Source of the DNA: Candidatus Altiarchaeales archaeon
GTDB lineage: Archaea > Altiarchaeota > Altiarchaeia > IMC4 > SCGC-AAA252-I15
Length of the DNA stretch: 64,000 bases
Assembly: GCA_014727915.1 (NCBI GenBank)
Contig: WJMO01000005.1
Location: 96,001-160,000, forward strand
Direction of reading: 5' to 3'
Of the stretch, positions 1 to 10,800 are shown one piece after another. The translations under genes were made by a program, and so were the position numbers. Each line of letters begins with the position of its first letter. The first letter of the stretch is position 1. The notes beneath the pieces were generated by a model. It did no database searches. It was not told the origin of the DNA and saw only the letters and a program-made list of their open reading frames with translations.

Positions 1-506
1 AGGGCTTGATGAACCGTAGCGTGGCAGGCCACCTGTTCACCCTGGTAAGCCCCCTCTCACAGAGGATAAAGCTCAAAGTAATAAGAGCGAATGAAACGCG
101 GGTTTTGGACCTTTACGAGGGTGATATCGCCAGATACGACCGGCTGCTCATAGGCGTGCTGAACACCCGTGTCACAGGCCACTATGCGTTCCTCTACGCG
201 TTGAACGACAGCCGGAAGTTCGAAGAGCATGGAGGTTTGAGGTATTGCACCCTGGACGTCCAACGATACGGGAATGCCAGGTCATACATACTGAACTCTA
301 CCAATAGCACATCAGTCGGCGACTTCAGCGTTCGGTTGAAATCCCTGGAGTCCGGGGTTCTGACTTTGAACGCCGTCCGAGATGGCTCATCCCATGATCT
401 CACCCTCTCATGCGGTGGTAGCGTCTTGCTCTACGGGCGGAGGCTCAATCTAGTTTGGTATGGGAAGGCCGACGAGACAGTCTATGCAAGGGTGATCGAA
501 AACTAG
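1..506 (+). CDS. Hypothetical protein, C-terminal part (5' truncated by window edge)
   Basis: Frame is open from the window start to TAG at 504-506. Beta-rich sequence with no recognised motif. Confidence 0.6.
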   Translation, partial: GLMNRSVAGHLFTLVSPLSQRIKLKVIRANETRVLDLYEGDIARYDRLLIGVLNTRVTGHYAFLYALNDSRKFEEHGGLRYCTLDVQRYGNARSYILNSTNSTSVGDFSVRLKSLESGVLTLNAVRDGSSHDLTLSCGGSVLLYGRRLNLVWYGKADETVYARVIEN

Positions 507-991
507 GCCTGTTCTTTCAGCTCTGCGAACACCACCATCTGCGCCTTCTTCGTCTTTTGGAAGCACGCCGGGCAGGTGGGATAGTAGAACATGAACTCCC
601 GCGCCTTCAACCCCCTACCCTCCAGATCCGACCGCGTCTCTTTCACATATCTTCCTTTGTCATTGTATCTCCCCTCGAACAGGCGGGTGTAGTATCTTCC
701 CGTGAGCGTCTCAACTGGCAGCTCGTCAGTGTACTCCTTTATCGATATCAGGAGGCTGGACTGGAACATGACCTCCCCCCTTGAGAGCATTATGGGATTC
801 TCATCCTCCAGCCCGTGCTCCCGTATCTCCCGGGCTGCCTTCTCCATAGCCGAGTTCATGTTCAGTGGTATGTGCATTATGCTCCAGTAGACCACATTGT
901 AGAACGGCTTACGGTCCCAGTCCCAGAACACCATGTCCCAGTGGAGGGGGTTCAGACGAGAGCAGCAGACCGAGTCCATCGTATGATTCAT
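503..991 (-). CDS. Conserved protein of the 'bacterial hydrolase'/GyrI-like small-molecule-binding type
   Basis: N-terminal CC-x-R-LNP-x2-WD, HIPLN, LFEG-x-Y and C-terminal YYPTCPAC motifs recalled for this family. Confidence 0.6.
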   Translation of the reverse strand: MNHTMDSVCCSRLNPLHWDMVFWDWDRKPFYNVVYWSIMHIPLNMNSAMEKAAREIREHGLEDENPIMLSRGEVMFQSSLLISIKEYTDELPVETLTGRYYTRLFEGRYNDKGRYVKETRSDLEGRGLKAREFMFYYPTCPACFQKTKKAQMVVFAELKEQA

Positions 992-1011
992 TACTCCCTG
1001 TAAAAAATATA

Positions 1012-1476
1012 TCAGGGTTGGAGGTCCTGTGTCAGGCGCTTCACCTCTGTGATGACCATGTGCAGGTTCCCTGGCAGGTACTCTTCGGAATATGACTTCA
1101 ACTCTATGAGCTTCCGCCTGCCATCGATGTCCAACTGTAGTCTTGCGTCTGGCCTGTTCGGGAGGTGATGGGCGGCGGAAGGCGTGAAACTGTCCGGCAT
1201 CTTGTATATCCCCACCTCGTCTATCGTCCTGCCCAGGTTCACGTACTCCTCCCTCGTTATCTCCTTCGTGTCAGTGTAGGATACGGTCCCGTTCATGTAC
1301 TTCCTGGTGTGGGTTACCCTCTCATTCTCTATGACATACTCTCTCAGATACTGGCTTTCCGGGACGTCACCGCCCGAAACTGTTAAGGCAGTGTGGACTA
1401 TGCTGTAGGGTTCCGTATCCTCCTTTTCAAGGCACCCTGACAGTAATATAATAGCTGCTAATATCAGGTGTCGCAT
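1012..1476 (-). CDS. Putative lipoprotein
   Basis: Short hydrophobic signal with lipobox LLSGC. Confidence 0.7.
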   Translation of the reverse strand: MRHLILAAIILLSGCLEKEDTEPYSIVHTALTVSGGDVPESQYLREYVIENERVTHTRKYMNGTVSYTDTKEITREEYVNLGRTIDEVGIYKMPDSFTPSAAHHLPNRPDARLQLDIDGRRKLIELKSYSEEYLPGNLHMVITEVKRLTQDLQP

Positions 1477-1535
1477 ATCAAATAATATCTCACATCAAGG
1501 CTTTTTAATACGATGAATTCCATGTTTAACTCGAT

Positions 1536-2192
1536 ATGATAGTCGATGTTCCCAAGAACTGGCTCATGGTGCTTGTGGGGATATCCCTGGTGGTCGTCTC
1601 ACTATCGCTGCTATCCGCTTCGGAGGATGAGTGTTCGACATTCGACCCTTCATACCTGGAGGACTACAACACCCGATTCAACCAGGCCATGCAGCTCTAC
1701 CAGAACGACCAGTGCTCTGGAATAGCCGACCTTGCGCCTCAGTGCGTGCCCGGCCCTTTCGTGTACATACAGGACGCATGCTACTTCAAGCTGGCTATGA
1801 CATCGGGGGACAAGAGCAACTGCGACAACATAGTCAACCAGACAATACAGGATGTGTGCATAAACGGCGCGGTTTCCTCCGTGACCTGCGGCAACAACCA
1901 GACGGACACTTGGGAGGACTGCGACCCGGGCATATGCGCCCAATACCCCCATGACAACTACTGCGACGCGGCAGGCACCGAGGGCTTCGCTTACATAATC
2001 GTGGACGAGAACGACATAGGGAACGTTGCATGCATAGTCTCGGGGGAGCCGTTGGAGGACTATGCGACATGCACCGACACTGAAGGCTTCCACGCGGAAT
2101 TCTGCGACCCAGGCGACAAATGCGAGCCTCCGGGATCCGACATCGAATGCACATGCACCGGCGGGGCCAGCGAGGAACCCCCTGAAGAGTGA
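1536..2192 (+). CDS. Secreted Cys-rich acidic protein
   Basis: N-terminal signal peptide, many Cys, DACYFKLA-x4-DKSNCDNI-x5-QDVC repeat unit and CGN-x5-WEDCD motif. Confidence 0.7.
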   Translation: MIVDVPKNWLMVLVGISLVVVSLSLLSASEDECSTFDPSYLEDYNTRFNQAMQLYQNDQCSGIADLAPQCVPGPFVYIQDACYFKLAMTSGDKSNCDNIVNQTIQDVCINGAVSSVTCGNNQTDTWEDCDPGICAQYPHDNYCDAAGTEGFAYIIVDENDIGNVACIVSGEPLEDYATCTDTEGFHAEFCDPGDKCEPPGSDIECTCTGGASEEPPEE

Positions 2193-2197
2193 GCAGC

Positions 2198-3385
2198 TCA
2201 GATAACGAAGGCGATCGCGTCCATGGCAGCCACTACCATGAAGCCCTGCAGCATCGCACAGGCCAGGGTCATGCTGTCGTCGACCGACTTGTTCTCTGTG
2301 AGATTCGCGAGCATGATGTAGAACGGGAACGCCACTGCTGTGAACCTTAGAACGCCCTTCACGACGCACAATCCGACGAACAGCATCGCCGCCGTGAGCA
2401 GGAAGGCCAGCAGCCAGTGGGTGAAGCATATGGTCTTCCGGAAGACGATGAGGGCTGCCAGGAAGGACAATATGACTATGATGCTCAGCCTCACAATGTT
2501 ATTGCCTGCCAACCCCCTTTCTATGATATCCAATGGATTGGACAGTTCGCATTTCATCATCTGCTCCTGCACCCGGACGTAGCCCATCGCGTCGCCTGCT
2601 TTGAACTGTGTGTATCCCATGAAGGACAGCGTTCCCAACAGCACTAACGCTGTGAACAGGATGTTCGGCCCTATGCTACGGGCCTTGAACTTGACTCCTC
2701 GGAGGTACTCGTAGACGAGGGGTATGAACGCCAAAAGGCCTGCAACCCTGGTTAGCGCGAGGAAATACCCTGAAACCCCTGATTTCAACCATCTGCCCCG
2801 TCTGGCGTGGTAGAATGTGACCGTCAGCAGCGCGAGGAAAAGGCCTTCTGTCTGCACCTTCGAGAGTATGACCGAAGTGGGGAAAATGAGCAGGTATTTC
2901 ACGGCCCGGTATGCGGTCTCTTCTCCATAATCTAACTTCACGAGCTTGAACAGGTAGTAGGCGGCTACCAGCAAGGAGACGTTAGACACGGCCAAACCCA
3001 CAAAGTATACGAGCTCCTCAGACTTTGACCCGAGCGAGAGGATTCTCAACAGCATCGGGTAGAAGGGGAAGAACCCGTAGTCTAGGCTGTTGAAGCATCC
3101 CTCGCATCTCGGATACCAGTGGGTGGCGAGGTGGACGTACTTGTGGGTGTCCCGCCCGTACCATAGGTTCCAGACCGACTTGACATCTGTGAACGTCCAG
3201 CTTCCCAGCCTGCACGGCCCTGCCAGCACTACCGCGGAACCCCAACCTATCAACGTGATCACAGCCCTTGTAAGGAGGAAAAGCCCCAGTATATACCTGA
3301 TCTCGCCCGGTATCCTGCCTGTTATCGCTTTTATCTCCCCTGTGATCCCCCTCTTCTTCCCGTGTCCGCCCGAAGCCATACGCAA
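2198..3385 (-). CDS. GT-C fold membrane mannosyltransferase (PIG-V/GT76-like)
   Basis: Multi-TM protein with D-x3-Y-x2-LA-x3-Y, FFPFYPMLLR, FPTS, TEGLFLAL and LTR-x2-G motifs. Start may be a few codons downstream. Confidence 0.75.
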   Translation of the reverse strand: MRMASGGHGKKRGITGEIKAITGRIPGEIRYILGLFLLTRAVITLIGWGSAVVLAGPCRLGSWTFTDVKSVWNLWYGRDTHKYVHLATHWYPRCEGCFNSLDYGFFPFYPMLLRILSLGSKSEELVYFVGLAVSNVSLLVAAYYLFKLVKLDYGEETAYRAVKYLLIFPTSVILSKVQTEGLFLALLTVTFYHARRGRWLKSGVSGYFLALTRVAGLLAFIPLVYEYLRGVKFKARSIGPNILFTALVLLGTLSFMGYTQFKAGDAMGYVRVQEQMMKCELSNPLDIIERGLAGNNIVRLSIIVILSFLAALIVFRKTICFTHWLLAFLLTAAMLFVGLCVVKGVLRFTAVAFPFYIMLANLTENKSVDDSMTLACAMLQGFMVVAAMDAIAFVI

Positions 3386-3436
3386 AAAACATATTGTCCT
3401 CCAAATAATTTAAACAAATCTCCCTTGTTTTCGGCG

Positions 3437-3446
3437 TTTTTATAAT
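3437..3446 (+). promoter_or_regulatory. Putative TATA box for the Cys-rich surface-protein unit
   Basis: TTTTTATAAT in an AT-rich divergent spacer, about 20-30 nt before ATG 3467. Confidence 0.4.
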
Positions 3447-3466
3447 ATTATTTTAATATCTATGTA

Positions 3467-3580
3467 ATGAGGGTTGGCTTAGATTCCCCTGTTTTAGCGG
3501 TTGCTCTGTCAGCCTGTCCCCTGCACGCCCTCGACCATAGGTTCTCTAAATTGAACCCGCCCATTCCGACTTGCAGATGA
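3467..3580 (+). CDS. Putative 37-aa upstream peptide (MRVGLDSPVLAVALSACPLHALDHRFSKLNPPIPTCR)
   Basis: Follows the TATA-like box. Its TGA overlaps the next ATG (ATGA at 3577-3580). Below the ORF-track size cutoff. Confidence 0.3.
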   Translation: MRVGLDSPVLAVALSACPLHALDHRFSKLNPPIPTCR

Positions 3581-6500
3581 TGAAAATCAAGATTCCCACG
3601 CGGCTGATTCTGGCGCTGCTATTGTTGGCGGCGTTCGTCACCTTCACAACGGGCGCTCCTTATTCGACTTGCGAGTACACCCCCCCCAACGAAAAGAACG
3701 TATGCGGGGAGGATTTCATGGGGTATGAGATGTGCTGCCTTAAAAACCAGGACCCTGACCTGTCCGAGTGTTGTATCGCGGAAGACGGGTCCTACAGTAC
3801 CCTCTGCTGCCTGCCTGGAAAATGCTGCAAGAGCAATGACAACACCACGGCACAATGCTGCGGCGAGTGCGAGACCTGCATCAAAACCGATACCACAACC
3901 CAATGCTGTCCCCTGCAAAGGAAATGCGGCGGCATCTGCTGTCCAGCAGGGGAATACTGTGTCGGAGGCGCCTGCTGCCCGGAGGCGGAGATATGCCCTC
4001 CGAGCTCCCAGTGGCCTGGAAGCTGGTATGAGGACTTCCCCGGAGGTGGCGTAGACGGCTGCGAGTGGGGCAGCGACTTCTCAGAGGTCGACTTCGACTC
4101 ACTATGCTGCAAGACAGACCCCAGCTGCGAATGCTGCGACCTCGACGATGAAAGCGCAGACCCCGACCAGGGCTTCGGTTTGAATCCGATAATCTACGAG
4201 TCCTGCTGTCCTGATGGCGAACCCTACTGTGACACTAAATACAAGCTGGACGGGGATGGTAACTGCGTAGTCGATGAATGGTCTCCAGGCGGAAAAGACA
4301 AGGAATACTGTCACCAGTGCTTGGCTGACGATGACTGCCCGGGCATCGAAGTCTGCTGCGCTGGCGAATGCATACTGGGATGGTGCTGTGCCAACGACCC
4401 CGGCGGATTGGATGCCGGTGACGCGGCCTGGTGGTGCAGCGACATGAAATGCGACGTAGGGCCCGCTTCAAGGTCCTGCTGCGACCTGGACGGGGACGGC
4501 AAGTTCACCTCAGATGACACATGCTGCGACGTTATCGCAGGTGAGTGGTGCCTGGAAACCCACAAATGGTATGACAGCGACCCCGGACTGGAACACACAT
4601 GGGTTTGTGGCACTGGGGCTGAATACAACGACTGGCTTGACGCCAACCACCCGGACTGGGCTAAGATCAACGAGAGGGAATGCCTCGAATGCAAGTGCGA
4701 CGCGGGAGACCCCGTGGGGGACTGTGACGCTGCCGGGTCCACAGGATGCGATGCGGGAGAGGACTGCTGCTACGGCGAATGCTTCGACCCCAAAGACGAC
4801 AAGCTCTCATGCTGCGGGGACGCGTGCAAGCACTGGATATGCCCCACCACAGACCAAGCCAACGGCGGCCCGAACAGCGCGGAATTCCCGAGATGCTGCC
4901 AGGTCATGAACCCCGGAAAGTCAGCAATCGGCGACTGGAGGTGCTGCGACAAGGGCAAGACCTGCTGCGGGAAATGGGACAACCCGGACGCGACATGCTG
5001 CTGCAAGATAGGATACTGCATAAACCGGGCGGGCGGCGGACCAGGCTTCGGAGGCAGGACCATGCCAGGAGAGTCATGGATGGACGTGCTCATACCCGGG
5101 GTGGAAGGGCAGCAGCAGCCGGGCATGGGATGGGAGTGCGCCGACTGCCTTCCACAGAACGGCATACTAGACTGCCCGCTCTGCCAGACCTGCGGAGCCA
5201 ACTTCGAATGCGAGAACATGCCACCATGCAGCCAGGACCCCAGGGGATGCACCTACGCTCCAATGTGCCGGTCCTGCTGGGGCGGTATGTGCGCCGGCGC
5301 CGACCCCTGCTGCCCGGGCGGATGCTCCTTATGCTTTCCCATGATGGGATGCTGCGGGGGGAACGTTGCCATACCCTTCTTCGACAACACCAACGCACCC
5401 TACGACTGCCCAGTCACGGAATACCGGTGGGCTACGCCTAACCCGCTGTGCACTCAGGCGATGGGCTGTGTGGAGTCCGTGGACGAGTGCATGTGCGCGA
5501 AGTACACCGCCTGCGCGAGCCCCACCGGCGCGGACCTCTTCCAGTACCGTTACTTCCCCGACATCGAGGACGCATGCCCCGACAACGAGACCAGCATAAT
5601 GGGATGCATAGTCGTCACAGTAGGCCAGGCAGACCCGATAACCTGCTGTGGCCACACGACAACACTCCCAAGCGGACCCACCTCGACCATAACCCCCCCG
5701 AGCATAACCTCCACGACATCCCCCTCGACCACGATAACATCAACTACCGTAACGACTACCACGCTGATGGGTGGCTCGACAACGTCGACCTCGTCGTCGA
5801 GCACGACCTCGACCATATGCCCCCTCTGCCCCCCGGACTGCACATGCTTCGAAGAGGACTGCCCGCCAGGCTATGTGGAGATGACCACCACAACTGGAGA
5901 GCCCACAACCTCCACGACAGCCACCAGCACCAGTTCGACCTCAACAACATCCACTACCATAAAGGACTGCTGCGAGTCCCATTCGGATACCGGCTGCCAG
6001 TCTGCAGCGTGCCAGTTTTGCGTGTGCGCTTACAGGGCGTCATGCTGCCAGGACGGGTGGTCCGATGAGTGTGTCTCTTACGCATACGGCTTATGCTCTG
6101 ATGACTGCAGCTGCCCCCTCCTAGACTGCTGCGAATCGCACGAGCAGCCCAGATGCGACAACCCCACCTGCGAATCATGCGTTGACGGCTTCGACGACTC
6201 ATGCATGGACGACAGCTGGGGCCAGTCATGCGTGGTGACGGCATACACCGACTGCTTCGGAAGCTGCGGATGCGAGAAGGACGACTGCTGCTCAACCCAT
6301 CAGTCGCCCGGCTGCACTGACAGCGCATGCGAGACCTGCGTCTGCGACGTGGACTCCGACTGCTGCGGAACCGAATGGGACAGCTTCTGCACGGACATAG
6401 CCAACAACGACTGCGACGAGGAATGCCAGTGCGTCACCACATCCACCACGACCACCCTCGCGCCCACCACAACATCCACCCTATCCCCAACGACCACTTC

Positions 6501-7263
6501 ATCAGTCACTACGACCTCATCATCCACAACGACATCCACCCTGCACTGTGTCCAATTGAGTGCTGGCAGCGTGGGCAACCAGGGCAGCTGCGGAAGCTGC
6601 TGGGCGTTCAGCTTAACCGGGACCATGGAGGGAGTCGCATCCAAAGAGGGCGTTTCGATAATGCCCCTCTCAGAACAGTATCTGGTATCTGACTGCTGTC
6701 AACCATACATGGACTGCGATGGAGGATTCGTCTCCGACGCGATCGACGGGTGCGTGTCTCTTGGTGGTGTCGTCAGCGAGGCCTGCTACCCGTACACGGG
6801 CGCTGACGAGAGCTGCCCGTCGGACTGTCCCGGGTCGGGGATGTGGATAGAGCGGTGGAGGGCCACGGGCGGCCAGAGGTCAGCCCCGTCCGTGTCATGG
6901 TTGAAGTCCATCCTTGAAACAGGCCCGGTCTCGATAGACATGCCCTGGAACTGCGTCCGATACACCGGATACGACGTCTCCGACGAATACGGCGTGGACG
7001 AGGACGTGGCAAGGTGCTCCCCGGGGTGCAACTACCCCTACGACTCGGAGGCGGGAGGCTGGCATGCGATGGTCTTGGCAGGCTACTGCGAGAACCCGAA
7101 AGACCCTGACATCGGCTACTGGATAATCAAGAACAGCTGGGGTCCAAGCTGGGTGGACGGCGGCATATCAAGCAACAACGGCTACGTTAACATAGAATTC
7201 GACGAATGCGGCACATTCAGGTATGTGGTGCCCGTAAGAAGCATAACACATCAGACCCCCTAA
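3577..7263 (+). CDS. Large secreted Cys-rich protein with C-terminal papain-like (C1A) cysteine protease domain
   Basis: Signal peptide, hundreds of residues of Cys-rich modules and Thr/Ser linkers. Protease motifs NQGSCGSCWAFS, LSEQYLVSDC, CDGG, YPY, WHAMVLAGY and YWIIKNSWG are present. Confidence 0.9.
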   Translation: MMKIKIPTRLILALLLLAAFVTFTTGAPYSTCEYTPPNEKNVCGEDFMGYEMCCLKNQDPDLSECCIAEDGSYSTLCCLPGKCCKSNDNTTAQCCGECETCIKTDTTTQCCPLQRKCGGICCPAGEYCVGGACCPEAEICPPSSQWPGSWYEDFPGGGVDGCEWGSDFSEVDFDSLCCKTDPSCECCDLDDESADPDQGFGLNPIIYESCCPDGEPYCDTKYKLDGDGNCVVDEWSPGGKDKEYCHQCLADDDCPGIEVCCAGECILGWCCANDPGGLDAGDAAWWCSDMKCDVGPASRSCCDLDGDGKFTSDDTCCDVIAGEWCLETHKWYDSDPGLEHTWVCGTGAEYNDWLDANHPDWAKINERECLECKCDAGDPVGDCDAAGSTGCDAGEDCCYGECFDPKDDKLSCCGDACKHWICPTTDQANGGPNSAEFPRCCQVMNPGKSAIGDWRCCDKGKTCCGKWDNPDATCCCKIGYCINRAGGGPGFGGRTMPGESWMDVLIPGVEGQQQPGMGWECADCLPQNGILDCPLCQTCGANFECENMPPCSQDPRGCTYAPMCRSCWGGMCAGADPCCPGGCSLCFPMMGCCGGNVAIPFFDNTNAPYDCPVTEYRWATPNPLCTQAMGCVESVDECMCAKYTACASPTGADLFQYRYFPDIEDACPDNETSIMGCIVVTVGQADPITCCGHTTTLPSGPTSTITPPSITSTTSPSTTITSTTVTTTTLMGGSTTSTSSSSTTSTICPLCPPDCTCFEEDCPPGYVEMTTTTGEPTTSTTATSTSSTSTTSTTIKDCCESHSDTGCQSAACQFCVCAYRASCCQDGWSDECVSYAYGLCSDDCSCPLLDCCESHEQPRCDNPTCESCVDGFDDSCMDDSWGQSCVVTAYTDCFGSCGCEKDDCCSTHQSPGCTDSACETCVCDVDSDCCGTEWDSFCTDIANNDCDEECQCVTTSTTTTLAPTTTSTLSPTTTSSVTTTSSSTTTSTLHCVQLSAGSVGNQGSCGSCWAFSLTGTMEGVASKEGVSIMPLSEQYLVSDCCQPYMDCDGGFVSDAIDGCVSLGGVVSEACYPYTGADESCPSDCPGSGMWIERWRATGGQRSAPSVSWLKSILETGPVSIDMPWNCVRYTGYDVSDEYGVDEDVARCSPGCNYPYDSEAGGWHAMVLAGYCENPKDPDIGYWIIKNSWGPSWVDGGISSNNGYVNIEFDECGTFRYVVPVRSITHQTP
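5965..6432 (+). repeat. Three tandem ~50-aa CC-x2-H-x3-(G/R)C...C-x-CV...W-x3-C-x3-A-x3-C-x3-C-x-C modules
   Basis: DCCESHSDTGC..., DCCESHEQPRC... and DCCSTHQSPGC... in the translation. Confidence 0.85.
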
Positions 7264-7264
7264 T

Positions 7265-7894
7265 ATGGATACAAAAATGAAAATATCGGCTTGGACTGCG
7301 GCTTCGATAATCATGGTATTCCTACTCTCGAGCCCGGTGTCGGCTCTGAAGAACCCGGGCGCTGTATACTGCGAGCGGCTTGGGATGGCATATGTCATAG
7401 AGAAGACCGAGTTAGGAGACCAGGGAATGTGCATAATGCCGGACGGGGAGAAATGCGTGGACGCGGACTTCGTGCGCGGGGAATGCGGAGCGGAATACAG
7501 CTACTGCTCTCTGAAAGGCTACACGCTGAAGACCAGGGACGGTAAGGAGGCCGTATGCGTGATGGATGACGGCAGGGAGGAGCCGGTGGTCGACCTGGTG
7601 AAGAGAGACATTTCACTTGGAAAATACGAGGAGGAGACCCTCATACCCGAGACGGGCGACTGCGGGGATGGAGTATGCTCCCGCGACGAGAGCCCCGTTA
7701 TATGCCCAGAGGACTGCCCGGTGATAACGCCGCCGATCGAGCACTGCGGCAACGGGTTCTGCGAGCCCTGGGAGGACTACGGCTCCTGCCCGGACGACTG
7801 CGTGCGCAGGGACATGACAGCAGCCGTCGTGGTGGCGGTCATCGCGGTCGTGGTATTGGTTTACATAGTTTTGAAGAGGCGGAAGAAGACATGA
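7265..7894 (+). CDS. DUF333-domain membrane-anchored protein
   Basis: Signal peptide; KNPGAVYCERLG...GMCIMPDG..C....FVRGEC (DUF333); two CG(D/N)G-x-C-x3-E-x4-CP-x-DC repeats; C-terminal TM helix followed by KRRKK. Confidence 0.8.
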   Translation: MDTKMKISAWTAASIIMVFLLSSPVSALKNPGAVYCERLGMAYVIEKTELGDQGMCIMPDGEKCVDADFVRGECGAEYSYCSLKGYTLKTRDGKEAVCVMDDGREEPVVDLVKRDISLGKYEEETLIPETGDCGDGVCSRDESPVICPEDCPVITPPIEHCGNGFCEPWEDYGSCPDDCVRRDMTAAVVVAVIAVVVLVYIVLKRRKKT

Positions 7895-10800
7895 ACAAAA
7901 GGGACGTGCAGACGGCACTGTCGGCTTTGACGGTTCTCGTAGCGTTAGCTACCACGGTCTCGGCTCAGACACCCGATGGAGTTTGCGCAGCTATGAGGGA
8001 TGGCGTCCCAAACCTTGATTCATCCTGCCTCGACTGGCCTGGATCTGGGGACCCCACCCAAATGGACATTATGACAGAATGCGATTCCTACTGCGACGGT
8101 CAGGTGGGCAATATGGCCGGAGCAGTCGTATTCGACTGTGACCCCGCTGCAGAGGGCAATGACATATGCTGCTACTGCTGCGGAAACGGGGATCCCACTT
8201 GCATGTGTGAATACTCTTTCCCTCTTAGTACCATGGGATATGAGTTTCCAGAATGCCTCAACCCAGTCCACCCGACATTAGAGGAGGATGAGATATGCGA
8301 AGAATACTGTTTGACTATTGGCATGACAGACTACGTCGACTTTTTCCTGGACTGCAGCGATTCCTTCGGAGGGTTCGTAGGATATGACATCTGCTGCTGG
8401 TGCCAGGACGAAGACCCCCCAGACCCAGAGCCTGAAGGGTTCTGCTGCTGGGAGACCTGCTGCTGCCCCGTGACAACCACGTCGACGCAGCCTCTGTTGC
8501 CTAGCAGCAGCGAGAGCGCCAGCACGGGCTCAGACTCATACCCCACCGACGAGGACACCCTATGCAGCGAGTTCTGCGGGACCATGGGCTACGAGGGCGG
8601 ATACTGCGGAGGCCCAGACGACAACCTCGAAGGATTATGGGTTAGCGACCCGTGCACCGCAAACGGCGACATACTCACAGGATACGACGGACCAGTATTC
8701 AGCGGAGAAGATGCGCTCTGCATGGACGACTGGTACTGGTGCTGCTGCGTGGAGCCGCAGCTCCAATCATCATCATCCGCCTCTCAGAGCACGGAGAGCC
8801 AGGACAGCCAGAGCTCTGAGAGCCAGAGCTCAGGCAGCAGTTCATCGAGCAGCAGCCTCAGCCCATGCGCCGAATACTGCACCGTGACCCTCCCATACGA
8901 CGACGGATACTGCGACTTCGACAACGACTTCCCCAACGCCGTTGACGTATGCAGGTCAGGCCTGGACTACTGGACCGGCATAAACGGCATGAACGGCCCG
9001 ATAACGCCATGGACTCCTTTATGCGAGGACAGCACATGGTGCTGCTGCGCCCTCGAGAGCTCCAGCAGCAGCTCTTCATCAAGCTCCTCATCCACTACGC
9101 TCACATGCAACGACCTATGCCTGGACATCGTCGAGACCGGCGACGTATGCGGCCGGCTATGCACCAAACACGATGAATGCCGCCTGGGCTGTGAGATATG
9201 CATGATAGAGGACTATGACGTCAACGAGACCGGCAGGTGCTCCACCAGCTACACCAACCAGACCAACTACGGGAGCTGCGGACTACCATGCACCCACGAC
9301 GCTAACTGCACCAGGGGCTGCGACCAGTGCATAGACCTGACCTGCGTCGACCAGGAGCAGCTATACGACGGCGGCGAATGCCAGAACTGGACGCGGTTCC
9401 CCCAGTATGAGTCCCCATTCTTCCCGGACATAGAGATATGGCACGAGTGCTTCTTCTGGGACTGGGACTACCAGGGCCCCAACAACTGCGAGGAAGAGAC
9501 CGACGGAGACTGGCTAAACTGCTGCTGTCAGGTGATACCCTCAACTTCAAGCTCGTCAACGTCGTCATCCGAGTCAGACGAGACAGATATACCACCCAGC
9601 GAATCACAGGAAACCGGAAGCTCCAGTAGCTCCAGCAGCTCAAGCGGCAGCTCCACCTCAGGTCCGGGGGATGTGACCTGCTGCGACGACCTGAACATGA
9701 AAGTCCTCTTCGACGACGACCTCAGCGAGGGAACCACAAGGGGGGTTGTGATCGGTGACGGGCAGCTAGTCTTCGGAGGATTCCTCCCAAACAACAACGG
9801 AGCCATACTGTACACCACAGACGACCCCCAGACGGGGATTATAAACAGGAAGCGGGGCGCGGTCTGCGTTGAGATGGCGTTGAACCAGCCGAGTGATGCT
9901 ATGGGAGATGGGGTGTTCTTCTACGAGGGCAGGATGCCAAGCAGCAACATCTACCTCCTATTCAACGAGTTCACAGATTCTGTGACCTATGGGAAGTCAT
10001 TCTTCGGAGACCTAAACACGCTCTCGGAGGTGTTGGATCCCCTCGACTGGAGCAGCGGCTCAGTGCACAGCCTGGCTGCAACCTGGGATTACGAGGGCGT
10101 CTCAGACCCGATGAGGTTGTACTCTGACAGGATAAGCGTGCAGTCCACCGACGACAACAAGGGCATTGGCCTGCTGGACACTCACATGTACCTCGGAAAC
10201 AACAAGGCAGGCACCGGGGCCTTGAATGTCATATACACCCGCTTCACAGTCTGCGGGGAAGACCCGGAGGAGGAGTGCTGCACCCAAACCTACCCTGTAG
10301 ATGATACGATAGAACTGCTGCAGCAGAACGGTGTCGGGCCAGGCGACCAGATACGGGTGGAGACCATGGGCGACTGCGAGACCCTGCAGTCAGACACCGT
10401 AGCATGCCTGTACAGGGACAATGCCCTAGAATACTCCGACGATGACGGTGCAGTCGGCGTGTGCTCGGCGATATTCGGGGAGGCCGATTCGATAGCCCAT
10501 AACACGGAATACTTCATAGTAACAGATGCCGGCTCATACGACGTCAGGGTCTCCGGTCCAGGGGACTCCGACTGCAGCGACGGCGGCAACGTAGTCCCAA
10601 CGAGCGAGGGCGAATACGATGTGCGCATATGCGGCATAGGTTTCAGCCCCACATGCGAGACTCTCCCCACACAGACCACGATACCCCCGGGGCCGACGAC
10701 AACCCTTGTCCCGACCACTTCGACGAGTATCTCCCCGACGACCACCATCGAACCGACCACCACAACATCCCCCCCAATCACATGCTGCGATACTCCAGAG

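Noticed and set aside
7675-7890. ORF-track start of the giant protein at 7675
   Set aside because: It overlaps the DUF333 gene out of frame; the signal peptide and ATGA coupling place the start at 7891.
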